Shown one piece after another: positions 41,097 to 53,453 of a DNA stretch of 64,000 nt. This DNA is from Phyllobates terribilis (Eukaryota): the NCBI RefSeq assembly GCF_046119375.1, contig NW_027362761.1, positions 883,252,001 to 883,316,000 of the forward strand. The letters run 5' to 3'. The position numbers and the translations under genes are program-made. Below the pieces are notes generated by a model. That model worked only from the letters and a program-made list of their open reading frames with translations. It was not told the origin of the DNA and searched no databases. How positions within the stretch are numbered: the stretch's first letter is position 1; the number at the start of each line of letters is the position of its first letter.

Positions 41097-41690
41097 GTCC
41101 TCTCTGCTCTGCCTTGTTCACCGCTCCGGAGGTTTCGCTCTGCTCTGCCTTGCTCACTGCTCTGGTGGTTCCTTCCTGCTCTGCCTTGTTCACCGCTCCG
41201 GCGGTTTCGCTCTGCTCTGCCTTGCTCACCGCTCCAGCAGTTCCTTCCTGCTCTGCCTTGCTCACCACACCGGGGGTTCCTCTCTGCTCTGCCTTGCTCA
41301 CCGCTCCGGCGGTTCCTCTCTGCTCTGCCTTGCTCACCGCTCCGGCGGTTTCGATCTGCTCTGCCTTGCTCACCACTCCGGCGGTTCCTCTCTGCTCTGC
41401 CTTGCTCACCGCTCCGGCGGTTCCTCTCTGCTCAACCTTGCTCACCTCTCCGGCGGTTCCTCTCTGCTGTGTCTTGCTCACCACTCTGGCGTTTCCTCTC
41501 TGCTCTGCCTTGTCCACTGCTCCGCCGGTTTCGCCCTGCTCTGCCTTGCTCACCGCTCCAGCGGCTCCTACTGCTCTGCCTTGCTCACCGCTCCGGCGGC
41601 TTCGCCCTGCTCTGCCTTGCTCACTGCTCCAGCGGTATCTCTCTGCTCTGCTTTACCCACCGCTCCGGCAGTTCCTCTCAGCTCTGCTTG
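41097..41690. repeat. 36-bp minisatellite (~16 units) inside the solo LTR
   Basis: ctctgctctgccttgctcaccgctccggcggttcct units; gccttg at 41111, 41147, 41183. Confidence 0.92.
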
Positions 41691-43889
41691 TCTACTGCAT
41701 CTGCGGTTCTGTTCCTGAATCCCAGTCTGTACTGGACCCTATCCAGCCTGCGCTCCAACCTGCTAGTGCCTCCCTGTTGGCACTCCAGCGTGCTTGCCAG
41801 TACCCCCCTATCTACATAACAGCCGTGCTCGCCAATATCCTTCTGTCTGCACTCCAGCCGTGCCTGCCAATACCCACCGGTCTGTGTGTCAGCCTAACCT
41901 GCCTGTTCCTGTATTCCCCGGTGTGGGTCAACAGCCCTGTCTGGGGTCTGACCTGGAGTCGCACCTGGTCCCTCTGCTCGGTTCCTTCTTGGTCCACAGA
42001 GTCGACTAAGCCGCCGTGCGACCTTGGTCGGATCGGGTTGGCACTTAGTTATGCCCCTACTGGCACTCCTCGGTTCATGGTACAGTGGGATCACTAATCA
42101 AGCGCACGCCAGTCAGCCCGGGAGTGTGCATAACAAACTGCTTGTGAGTTGTGGACAGCTGTGTAAGAGCAGGCAGATCTGTGGCTGAGACCGCTGAACC
42201 TACATCCAGGAAAGGTCGTGTGTGACAATGGCCGTAACCTGGTGGCGGCTCTGAGGCGAGGCGAGATCACACACGTACCATGCCTGGCTCATGTGCTTAA
42301 CCAAGTGGTTCAGCGGTTTCTTAAATTGTACCCCGAGTTGCAGATCTGCTCGTCAAAGTACGGCGCCTGTCAGCTCATTTTCGCAAGTCGGCTACAGCTT
42401 CCGCCGCCCTTGCTGTGTTGCAGCAGCGTTTGCAGCTTCCGGCACACCGACTGGTGTGTGATGTCCCCACACGTTGGAACTCTACCCTCCACATGTTGCA
42501 AAGGATTTGTGAGCAGAAGAGAGCAGTTGTGGAGTACCAGCTGCAACAAGGCCGTCGATATTCAGGTCAGACTCTACACATAAGACCTCTGGAGTGGACC
42601 TGGATGTCTGACATCGGTACCATCTTGACAAACTTTGAGGAGTCCACCCAGATAGTGAGTGGCGATGACGCCATCATTAGCGTCAGCATCCCACTTGTCT
42701 GTCTTTTGCAACGCTCTCTGCAGAGAATTAAAGAGGAGGCATTGCAGCCAGAGTATGATGAGATGGATCAAGAAGCTGTAGCGGTCGATTACACACAGCC
42801 CAGCCTCATCTCATCCCAACGTGCATTGGGGGACAATGAGGGAGAGGAGGAGGAGGAAGAACAGGGGCTTGTATCATGCGCTGTAGATGGTAGTACCTGT
42901 AAAACTGTCATACCGTCGGATCAGCATGGGTGGCCTGAGGTCAGGGGGGAGGAGGAGGAGGAGGAGGAGAGCATGGTCAGTCATCATCTTGGTGAGGACA
43001 CGGAAATCTTGCCCGTTACCAGTCTGGCACGCATGGCTGACTTTATGTTACGCTGCCTTAACCGTGACCCTCGCGTTGTCAAAATGTTGGGTGACAGTCA
43101 TTACTGGTTGGTGACACTTTTAGACCCCCACTATTAGGAGAACTTTCACTCTCTTATTCCTGAGGTGGAGAGGTCTACAAAAATGGGGCAGTATCAGAAG
43201 GCCCTTGCTGCATAACTGTTAAAAAAGTTCCCATCTGAACACGCTAGTGGCAGAGGTCACAGTTCGTTGACCAACCAAGGCGTACAAGCGAGATAGAGGC
43301 AACTCCAATCCAGCAGAGGCAGGGGAACACTGTTAATGTTCTGGGACAGTTTTCTGAGACCCGCCCAGCTTACAGGCCCTGAGGCACGGGGTACTCTCAC
43401 AAGGAGTGGAAAGTTTCAAAAGATGGTGAGGGAGTACCTTGCCGACCGTACCAGTGTACTCTGTGATTCCTCTGTGCCTTTTCATTATTGGGTATCCAAG
43501 CTGGACACTTGGAATGAACTCGCTCTGTACGCCTTGGAGATCCAGGCCTGCCCTGCCGCTAGTGTGTTATCGAAGCATATTTTTAGTGCCGCTGGGGGAA
43601 TTATAACTGATAAGCACTCGCCTGTCAACTGACAATGCTGACAAGCTGACCCTTATCAAAATGAACAAGGGCTGGATTGGGCCAGACTTCTCATCACCAC
43701 CAAATGACAGCAGAGTAACATAAAGTCAAATCCACTGTGTTTTCTCGGGAGGTGTATTCATATGCACCGCTTCACACCCACACATGGGTATACCCTTCCT
43801 CATTTCGGCTGTTTTATGTTCTTCTCCTTATCCTCAGCCTCCACCACCACTATACCACCATGGTGACCGTGGTCCATGTTGCCATTATT

Positions 43890-44550
43890 GAAAGTTCCTC
43901 CGTCCTTATTTTTGTCAGCTTTTGCTTGGAAGGCATAAGCAAAGACTGTGGGAGACCCACTCCCCAATAACGGGAATAATATTTTTAAGATGCTGTACTG
44001 TATGGCTCTTGTAAGGGGCATTGCAAGTTCCTCTGTCCTAATTTTTGGCAACTTTGGCTTGGAAGGCATAAGCAAATACTATGGGAGACCCACTCCCCAA
44101 TCATGACAATAATGTTTGAAATATGCTGTACTGCATGGCTCTTGTAAGGGGCATTGCAAGTTCCTCCGTCCTAATTTTTGGCAGCTTTTGCTTGGAAGGC
44201 ATAAGCAAAGACTATGGTAGACCCACTCCCCAATAATGGGAATAATGTTTGTAATATGCTGTACTGCATGGCTCTTGTAAGGGGCATTGCAAGTTCTTCC
44301 ATCCTAATTTTTGGCAGATTTTGCTTGGAAGGTATAAGCAAAGACTATGGGAGACCTACTCCCCAAAAATGGGAATAATGTTTGTAATATGCTGTACTGC
44401 ATGGCTCTTGTAAGGGGCATTGCAAGTTCCTCCGTCCTAATTTTTGGCAGCCTTTGCTTGGAAGGCATAAGCAAATACTATGAGAGACACACTCCCCAAT
44501 AATGGGAATAATGTTTTTAAGATGCTGTACTGCATGGCTCTTGTAAGGGG
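43890..44550. repeat. 133-bp tandem array (~5 units) in the hAT X 3' region
   Basis: gcttggaaggcataagc at 43924, 44057, 44190, 44323, 44456. Confidence 0.9.
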
Positions 44551-45850
44551 CATTAAAACGTCTTGTTAAGCTACTGGGACCTCCACGTCTCTTCTGAGGG
44601 GCATTAAAAGCGTCTTGTTAAGCTACTGTGACCTCCACCACTTTCCGAGGGGCATTAAAAGCGTCTTGTTAAGCTACTGGGACCTCCACGTCTCTTCTGA
44701 GGGGCATTAAAAGCATCTTGCTAAGCTACTGGGACCTCCACGTCTCTTCTGAGGGGCATTAAAAGCGTCTTGTTAAGCTACTGGGACCTCCATGTCTCTT
44801 CTGAGGGGCATTAAGAGCGTCTTGTTAAGCTACTGTGACCTCCACCACTTTTCCGAGGGGCAATAAAAGCGTCTTGTTAAGCTACTGGGACCTCCACGTC
44901 TCTTCTGAGGGGCATTAAAAGCGTCTTTTTAAGCCACTGGGACCTCCACGTCTCTTCTGAGGGGCATTAAAAGCGTCTTGTTAAGCTACTGGGACCTCCA
45001 CCACTTTTCCAAGGGGCATTAGAACCGTCTTGTTAAGCTACTGGGACCTCCACGTCTCTTCTGAGGGGTATTAAAAGCGTCTTGTTAAGCTACTGCGACC
45101 TCCACCACTTTTCCGAGGGGCATTAAAACCGTCTTGTTAAGCTACTGGGACCTCCACGTCTCTTCTGAGGGGCATTAAAAACGTCTTGTTAAGCTACTGT
45201 GACCTCCACCACTTTTCCGAGGGGCATTAAAAGCGTCTTGTTAAGCTACTGGGACCTCCACGTCTCTTCTGAGGGGCATTAAAAGCGTCTTGTTAAGCTA
45301 CTGGGACCTCCACATCTCTTCTGAGGGGCATTAAAAGCGTCTTGTAAAGCTACTGTGACCTCCTCCACTTTTCCGAGGGGCATTAAAAGCATCTTGTTAA
45401 GCTACTGGGACCTCCACGTCTCTTCTGAGGGTCATTAAAAGCATCTTGTTAAGCTACTGGGACCTCCACCACTTTTCCGAGGAGCATTAAAACCGTCTTG
45501 TTAAGCTACTGGGACCTCCACATCTCTTCTAAGGGGCATTAAAAGCGTCTTGTTAAACTACTGTGACCTCCACCACTTTTCCGAGGGGCATTAAAAGCAT
45601 CTTGTTAAGCTACTGTGACCTCCACCACTTTTCCGAGGGGCATTAAAACCGTCTTGTTAAGCTACTGGGACGTCCACGTCTCTTCCAAGGGGCATTCAAA
45701 CCATCTTGTTAAGCTACTGTGACCTCCACGTCTCTTCAAAGGGGCATTAAAAGGGTCTTCTTAAGCCACTCTGAACTCCACAGCTCTTTCAAGGAGCATT
45801 GAAATGTTGTTTTTAATTACCTCTAACCTCCACGACTCTTCCAACGGGCA
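44545..45850. repeat. 52-bp tandem array (~25 units, two interspersed variants) in the hAT X 3' region
   Basis: gaggggcattaaaagcgtcttgttaagctactg(ggacctccacgtctcttct / tgacctccaccacttttcc); starts at 44699, 44751, 44803. Confidence 0.92.
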
Positions 45851-46993
45851 TTGCATTTCCGCCTAATTTTAGTTAGCTTTTGCTTTTTAATGAAAAGACG
45901 AAAACTAAGGGAGACCCACTCCCCAATAATGGGTAGAAGGTTTTTAGTACGCTGCAATCCACGTCTGTTTCAAGGGGCATTTCAGTTCCTCATAATTTTT
46001 GGAAAGCGTGGACACCCGGCCGCCCCCCGGCAGCTGGGGACCGAGTGTGGACACCCGGCCGCCAGGCGGCTGGGGACTGAGTATGGATTCCAGGCCGCCA
46101 ACGCAGCCATGACGTGGTGGCCAGATTCCGCCTCCACATGCTTTAAAGGCCCAATTTCAAGTGCAAGCAAGCAGTATGGTATTGCAGCCTGGGGGTGGGT
46201 GGGTGGTTGTCTGCATATTTGCTCTTGCATTGCAAGGATTGGGGGAGGTAAAATTGAACACTGCCCTGGGACAAGAACTTGCACAGGGATAGTTGCAAGT
46301 CTGCATCTTCTGATGCGGCAAGGATGACTTCTGAAGGGCACACTTTTAGGCAGTGACCTGGGTGTCAGAGATGCTTCCAGGGGTCTTCCCCATGCTGTTC
46401 CCATGTCTTTTCAGCACTGTATGCATGTGTCACACAGCACATGGCCAGATAAGGTTGTAAAATGTTAAAATTACATTTCCCGGTGAATGCATTTGTCACG
46501 GTTGAAAGCAATACAAAAGTGCAAAAACGCATAATGCTACTTGTGAACATAGCCCAAGGTGTGGAGGAGTATTTTTTTGGGGGTTATTTATTTTACCTTA
46601 TACACAAGTCCCTACCCTGGAAAGGATGTTCCTTAACATATTTCAAAGGAAAGCACTTTCAGTTTAGTTTTTGAACGTTTTATTGTGAGCCCTTAAAAGT
46701 GGCTTAATACCTCTGACCATGTTGTTGACAGCAGTGACCTGGGGGTCAGAAATGCTTCCTGGGGCGATCCACATGCTGCTCCCATGTCATTTTAGCACTG
46801 TCACTATCGTTTTGGGCACTTGTTAGGCTTTTAAAAGACTGCTGGGGGTGCCGCCGCAAAAATGCTTGGGTCTCCCATAGACTAACATTGGGCTCGTTGC
46901 TTGGGTCGAACACCCGAGTATCACAGCGAGCTCGGCCCGAGCTTCGAGCACCCGAGCATTTTAGTGCTCGCTCAACACTACTAAAGACCTAAA

Positions 46994-47863
46994 TTAATTT
47001 AAAACATTTTTATAAACTACATTTTTAGTGAACACTTTATCACTACCATGTAACAACTGTCCTTTTAGTGGTGTATGTAAAACCTTGACTTTGACATGGG
47101 AGCGTTGTTTGACTCTGGAGAAAGCAACATATAGCTCCCCATGGCCAAAGGCTTGTTGAGGTAGATAAATACCCACTCGATTTAGGGTCTGTCCTTCTGC
47201 CTTGTTAATTGTCATTGTGAAAGCTGGCTTAACAGGAAACTGTCGTCTTCTTAGTTTGAATGGTAACCCAGTTTCAGATGGACACCAATCAATGCGTGGA
47301 ATAAAAACTAAGTTTCCTTCAGTTGATCCTGTGATGACTTTTGCCTGTATGATATGTGGATTTAAGGATGTTACAATGAGCCGAGTTCCGTTACATAATC
47401 CTTTTTTTGTATTCAGGTTTCGCAGTAGCATGACAATTGTTCCTATTTTTAGTTGTAGGCGATGTGGTGGCATTCCAGATGATGTCAGAGAATGTAAAAA
47501 TTCGACTGGGTAGTGTTCAGTTTCATAAGCATCATCCGCATCCACAGAATCATCACTTGTATATAAGACATATTGGCCACTCAATCGGTTCATTTTTTGG
47601 ACGCAATATTGCATGTGATGCAGCATACAAAACACTTTCAGTGTCATTAACATTAATATGAATGTTTGTGCCAAATATGTCTGTGATTAAAAAGGCAGAG
47701 GACAGCATGTCTGGAGGAATTTTAATAATGTCCTCTCCAAGATTGTATTTGTTTGAGAGCTGACTATTGCCTACTTTAAGTAACCAAGTGCTGTATTCTG
47801 GATCCCTGGATCTCATGTTGTTGAATAGCGGGAGTCTTGTGAAGTGTTTCCAGAGTTAACAAT
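46994..47863 (-). pseudogene. Helitron RepHel C-terminal PIF1-type helicase fragment
   Basis: WKHFTRLPLFNNMR..., ILRPKNE, frameshift, GMPPHRLQLKIGTIVMLLRNL...LCNGTRL, FIPRI, QFPVKPAFTMTINKAEGQTL, HGELYVAFSRV, TKNVVY; cut at both sides by hAT ends. Confidence 0.92.
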
Positions 47864-48603
47864 TAGTGTTGAGCCACCCCCGTAGAGTTCGAGTTCGGTT
47901 CGGTTCGTCGAACACCCGTGTGTTCGCCGAACTGTTCGTCGAACTGTTCGTCGAACACCTTCGAACACCATTAAAACCAATGGCAGGAAAACAAAAACAC
48001 ATAGAAATACATAGAAAACACCTTCAAAGGTGTCCAAAAGCTGACAAACTGCTCTGAAGACACAACTAACACATGGAAAAGTGACAAGTACATATAGTCA
48101 TGCGAAAAGAAAAGAGGTGGAGGAGTAAAAGGAGGGGGAGACACAGATATAGGCATGTCATGCCCTTCTAAAATCCAAAAAGTGAGAAGTCGACACGTTC
48201 AGTCCGCTCCTGCCCGTGCCACCTCCGTGTCGCCGGGTTTGTGCCAGAGCCGCGGTGAACCCTGACGGCCAGCCCCCCTCTCCCAATACTGGTGCCTGTC
48301 CGCTGGTGGGTCGAGCGAACCCCCCTGTGGTGGAGGCAGCTCTAAGCTTTTTAATTTAAATTGTCTCTCTAATTTGAATGAATACACTTTAAATCCATTT
48401 ACAAGGATCTATTGGAGGGCAAGTCTCATGCCAGCAGCCGCGTAATTCCAGCTCCAGTAGCGTCCACTAAAGCTGCTGCAGTTAAAAAGCTTTTATAAGG
48501 ATCGAGCTCGGCTGTCCACCGCAAGGCATCCTACTGCCAGTCCCAGCCCCTATGCCTTGGGGTGCCTCCTGATGCTCTTCACTGAGTATCCCATGGTCCC
48601 GAA
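47864..48603 (-). mobile_element. hAT family-2 copy A: 3' terminal 740 bp, interrupted by copy B
   Basis: TAGTGTTGAGCC terminus with GTTCG/CGAAC subterminal repeats; near-identical to 52948-53687. Confidence 0.85.
48370..48603 (+). pseudogene. Degenerate 18S rRNA-derived fragment (V3-V4 region), truncated by hAT copy B
   Basis: taatttgaatgaatacactttaaatcc...attggagggcaagtct..tgccagcagccgcgtaattccagctcc...gctgcagttaaaaagct aligns by eye to the conserved SSU block ATTGGAGGGCAAGTCTGGTGCCAGCAGCCGCGGTAATTCCAGCTCC. Confidence 0.88.
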
Positions 48604-49523
48604 TAGAGATGAGCGTTGTTCTACTCGAACTGTTCGCCAATCTCAAATTCGAGCTGTTTTGGGCGGTGTTCGAACCGTTCGGCGAACACGAACAATTTGA
48701 GAAAAATTCGGCTGTTCGAGGTTATGTTCGATAACTGTTCGTGCACCAAAATCATAACTGGATTTTTTCTCAGTAATGATGAAAATTAATGTTAATACGC
48801 AGTTTGAGTGTACAGCGGGGTGGGGGGAGGGGCAGGGGATGGATCTCTGCAGGAACAATGAAGATCTCCATTTTTTTTTTCTCTTTCCCGCATTTACAGT
48901 GGGGAGGTGCAATCTGTCAGCCTATCAGCAGCGCACACACGGAGCGAATTGCTTTTTTTCACACAAGCAAGGGCATGTGTCATTGGCAGTGTATGTCACA
49001 TGTCCTTGCCCTATAAGACCAAGCCATTTTCCCCGTCGCCACCATTTTCTCACTGCTGCAGCTGCGTGTTAGACGGCATCGCTGTTGCTGTGTGCGCTAT
49101 ACCTTGTTAATTTCAAGCCAATTTTCGCACAAATCTACAGATTGCTTGGGAGTAGGGAATAGTTGTGATTGCAGTCCTTTTAAGGACTAGGTTACAGCAT
49201 TTCCTACGACTTTTATCAGGCAGGTCTGTGCTCTTAAATACATAGATTGTGGGAGTAAAGACTAATTGTAATTGGAGTCCTTTTCAGGACTAGGTTACAT
49301 CAGTTTCTATCAGTTTTTGCCAGGCAGGTCTGTGCCAGTGCTGTGCAAGTTTTTTTCACAGCATTTGGCTGAATCTAACAAAGCTAATCCTTTTTGGCCT
49401 ATTGCAGAGTGTGTTAGTCAGTGGAGTAGCCTATCTGTGTTGCAAGATATACCACCTGTGTATAGAATACCAATTTTTTTACTGCACCTAGTGAAGTAAA
49501 ATCTTTTGGGCATAGCATCATTC

Positions 49524-50563
49524 TATTAGTCCATCTATACTGACCTCCATCAGGTTGCAAATTGAATATAATTTTTTTCTGCATCTAGCTCTGAAAAAAT
49601 ATTGGGCTTCTAGCTGTGTGTGGGACTTGTTGTATTAGTCCATCTATACTGACCTCCATCAGGTTGCAAACTGAATATATTTTTTTCTGCATCTACCTCT
49701 GAAAAAATATTGGGCTTCTAGCTGTGTGTGGGACTTGTTCTATTAATCCATCTATACAGACCTCCATCAGGTTGCAAACTGAATATATTTTTTTCTGCAT
49801 CTACCTCTGAAAAAATATTGGGCTTCTAGCTGTGTGTGGGACTTGTTGTATTAGTCCATCTATACTGACCTCCATCAGGTTGCAAACTGAATATATTTTT
49901 TTCTGCACCTACCTCTGAAAAAATATTGGGCTTCTAGCTGTGTGTGGGACTTGTTCTATTAATCCATCTATACAGACCTCCATCAGGTTGCAAACTGAAT
50001 ATATTTTTTTCTGCATCTACCTCTGAAAAAATATTGGGCTTCTAGATGTGTGGGGGACTTGTTGTATTAGTCCATCTATACTGACCTCCATCAGGTTGCA
50101 AACTGAATATATTCTTTTCTGCATCTACCTCTGAAAAAATATTGGGCTTCTAGCTGTGTGTGGGACTTGTTCTATTAATCCATCTATACAGACCTCCATC
50201 AGGTTGCAAACTGAATATATTTTTTTCTGCATCTACCTCTGAAAAAATATGTGGCCTTCTAGCAGTGTGTGGGACTTTCTCTATTAGTCCATCTATACTG
50301 ACCTCCATCAGGTTGCAAATTGAATATAATTTTTATCTGCATCTAGCTCTGAAAAAATATTTGGCCTTCTAGCAGTGTGTGGGACTTTCTCTATTAGTCC
50401 ATCTATATTGACCTCCATCAGGTTGCAAATTAAAAATAATTTTTATCTGCATCTAGCTCTGAAAAAATATTTGGCCTTCTAGCAGTGTGTGGGACTTTCT
50501 CTATTAGTCCATCTATACTGACCTCCATCAGGTTGCAAATTAAAAATAATTTTTATCTGCATC
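49524..50563. repeat. 108-110-bp tandem array of copy B, left part (~9.5 units)
   Basis: caggttgcaa at 49551, 49660, 49768, 49876, 49984, 50092. Confidence 0.92.
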
Positions 50564-52178
50564 TGACGCGCCCCTGGGCCTGTGTCGCGCTGCGTTGTGC
50601 ACGCGGGAGCTTACCCGGAGCCGGATCTCTTGAGGGTTGTAGTCTCGTGGCGGTGATCCGGTCCGTGCCCAGGGAGTCAGACTAAGTGGCGGTATATTAG
50701 CAGTAGATGTAGGACGACTACGCCACCCATTGAATGCAGCTATGGAGCTGCCGCTGCAGGGCAGACCGCTGAGGCCGGTGGTAGGATAGTGCAGCGTAGA
50801 TGGTATAACCCCCAACGGGAGGGGTATGGCCTCAGGGCAGCCGACGTGGATGATGGGGGTAGCAGGAACCTCTCAGAGACGATGCAGTGTAGTTCAGGGT
50901 CTTTACTGGTGATAAAGATAGACCCTCCCGGAGTACTGGCTAGCCATCGGGGCCTGGTCAGTCCTTGAGCAGATGGGATCTCCCCTGGCCAGGCGGAGTT
51001 GTAGGCCTCCCAAACTGACTGTACTCTTCTGGCTACCTTGCTAGAGGCGGGTATAAGTAGCCCACGTCCCTGAGTGTACCGTGTGGTGCTCACCCATATG
51101 GCCGGTGACTCGGGGCCTTCTAGTAGCTTCCGCTCCACAACGGCGGTGCTGGTCCCATGCGTGTGACCGTGCCTTCGGGTTTCTTGGCCAGAGGACCTGA
51201 AATCCCCTGCCTGACGGATTCTGCTGCTGGGTAGGAGTTAGTCCCCACAGCCTCGGACTCCGGGTCCGGTGATAACTTCTCAGTCAGGGCGAGCTCTGCA
51301 GCTGCCAGCCCCTGACTCCTTGTAGCACTGCTCCCACAGAGCTCCTGTTGTTTCTTCCCATAGCTGCTTCTCTTCTCTGTCTCTACTTCTGGCATGGCCC
51401 AGGAGCTGGGCCCAGCCGGAGACACAGCTCCCTGTCAGCCCTCCTGGCTGCACTCTCCCTCTGAACTCTCTAACCCTGCCGTAGCCCCAGGTTTATATAG
51501 TGGAAGTTCTTCCCCTCCCAGGACTGGGCAGGAGGTGTGGCATGCATAGGATCCCTGACCAAGAGACCTCCCACCTGCTCTCAGACATAACATTGCTGTT
51601 ACTGTGGAAACCAGACCCCTGGGGTGCCACATTCCCCCCTAGTGAAATTTAGTACTCCGGGACTAAACATATTTTTAGAAAAAACATAACAAGGTATAAA
51701 CAATAATAATACAACAAGAAAAACACATAAAGATGGTTACGGCGTGTCCGCAACCGGGTGCAGTCTTTGAAGAAAACAAAGGTGTCCATTTCACCAAAAC
51801 AGGGAGACGTAACCAGGTAGGGGTCTGTCCTGCCCCGAGTCCTTAACAGTCTTTAGTCCGTCCTGGGTTACGCTCCAACTATGTACAAAGGATTCCCGGT
51901 AAATCCACCAAAGACTCCCATAAATTACTAGAAACACATAATTATTTACAGGATATGGCCGCTCTCAGTCCTCGGCCAGTGGGGATAAGGATTGGCTGCT
52001 CACAGTCCTCAGCCTGGTAAGGGATAGGGGATGGCTGCTCACAGTCCTCAGCCTGGTAAGGGATAGGGACACACGGGGAACAATTCACTAATCCCAACGG
52101 GGACCATATTTTAATTAGCAGCAGTCCTTGTACCCTAACGGGTAACTATGTACAGCTCTTTATTCACGCTACTTCCCT

Positions 52179-52580
52179 TCAGTAGCTATGTCCTCTTTGT
52201 GCTCCCTCCTGAGGGCAGTCCTCAGACCCGTCCGGGTCCTCTTGGCTTTCCTCGTATTGGTAGTACTGCAGTTCCTCCTCGGTTAGCTGGGTTAGTATCT
52301 CTGCGACAGTCCTCCTCCCAGGTGGCCAGGACTTTACCTCCCTTTGGGCTGCCCCGGTTAATTGGGCCACCAGGATGCTCACTTTTTGCTCCTCTGTGAG
52401 GGGGTACACCTGGAAGAGGCTATCCAGCTTTTCTCTAAAGTCATGCAGGGTATGTGACTCCCCTGAGTACTGGGGTAGCCAGGCTGCCCCCGGGATATAG
52501 GGCATGGTGAAAGGCATGACCGCAACAGCGGTGGCGCTGGCGGGGGTTGAAGCGGTGAAGCTCTCCTCCGTATCCGACAT
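52179..52580 (-). pseudogene. Truncated PNMA/Gmr1-like gag
   Basis: MPYIPGAAWLPQYSGESHTLHDFREKL...LTEEQKVSILVAQLTGAAQREVKSWP resembles Gypsy gag N-termini; fused to 3' tail sequence. Confidence 0.7.
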
Positions 52581-53453
52581 CCTTCTCCCCCCTAGTGGAC
52601 CGTGGCCTACCTTGCGATGATCGTCTTCCGTAGGCCGCGGCTCCGCAGTGGATCGTCAGGGTTGAGGACCTTCCGTCGCGCTCCTGTGACGTCGGCGTCT
52701 GCTGGGCTCCTTCCAGGACCTTACGCAACGTCCGGGCGTGAGGCGGGGCTTCAGTTCTCGCGCGCTTTCGGAGTCCACGCCCCTCTTCTTCCCGCGCGGC
52801 GTCTTCAAGATGGCGTCCAACGGCGGGAAAACTCCACGGAAGGCGGGAAGAAGGCTGAAAATGGCGCCGGATGGCGGGAATCTTCACCGATGGCGGGAAG
52901 AAGGCTGAAGATGGCGCCGGATGGCGGGAATCTTCACCACTGGTAAGTAGTGTTGAGCCACCCCCGTAGTGTTCGAGTTTGGTTCGGTTCGTCGAACACC
53001 CGTGTGTTCGCCGAACTGTTCGTCGAACTGTTCGTCGAACACCTTCGAACACCGTTAAAACCAATGGCAGGCAAACAAAAACACATAGAAACACATAGAA
53101 AACACCTTCAAAGGTGTCCAAAAGCTGACAAACTGCTCAGAAGACACAACTAACACATGGAAAAGTGACAAGTACATATAGTCATGCGAAAAGAAAAGAG
53201 GTGGAGGAGTAAAAGGAGGGGGAGACACAGATATAGGCATGTCATGCCCTTCTAAAATCCAAAAAGTGAGAAGCCGAGACGGCCAGTCCGCTCCTGCCCG
53301 TGCCACCTCCGTGTCGCCGGGTTTGTGCCAGAGCCGCGGTGAACCCTGACGGCCAGCCCCCCTCTCCCAATACTGGTGCCTGTCCGCTGGTGGGTCGAGA
53401 GAGCCCCCCTGTGGTGGAGGCAGCTCTAAGCTTTTTAATTTAAATTGTCCCTC

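Larger units (their letters stand above)
40184..42135 (+). mobile_element. Solo LTR (~1.95 kb) of an LTR retroelement; orientation tentative
   Basis: TGTAACA...CATAACA termini; 5-bp TSD CACTG/AACTG (1 mismatch); removal restores transposase KPHT-ACELW. Confidence 0.8.
38418..43723 (+). pseudogene. hAT transposase pseudogene (BED finger + DDE + dimerisation domain), split by the solo LTR at 40184-42135
   Basis: RG-rich N-terminus, SRVWNFF..C..C..CMIRHMAAKH BED finger, LTTDTWTS, VCDNGRNL, CLAH, RWNST, CPAASVLSKHIFSAAG (catalytic E appears as K); several stops/frameshifts. Confidence 0.92.
35485..46980 (+). mobile_element. Large hAT (Ac/ZBED-like) DNA transposon 'X', defective
   Basis: 16-bp TIR TAGTGTTGAGCGAGCA at 35909 and inverted at 46965-46980; 8-bp TSD CTAAAGAC at 35477-35484 and 46981-46988 (left TIR disrupted, see findings). 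Confidence 0.88.

Noticed and set aside
40875-42097. Overlapping long ORFs of 165-327 aa with SALPCSPLRRFL-type repeats
   Set aside because: Artefact of the stop-free 36-bp minisatellite being open in several frames; no gene features.
48370-48603. Functional rRNA gene, or rDNA-targeted insertion (R2/Pokey-like) by copy B
   Set aside because: The fragment is short and mutated in universally conserved positions, with no rDNA context; a single insertion event cannot show targeting.
50740-51632. 132- and 101-aa ORFs repeated at 61766-62736
   Set aside because: Conserved only because they lie in the two near-identical LTRs; no recognisable domain.
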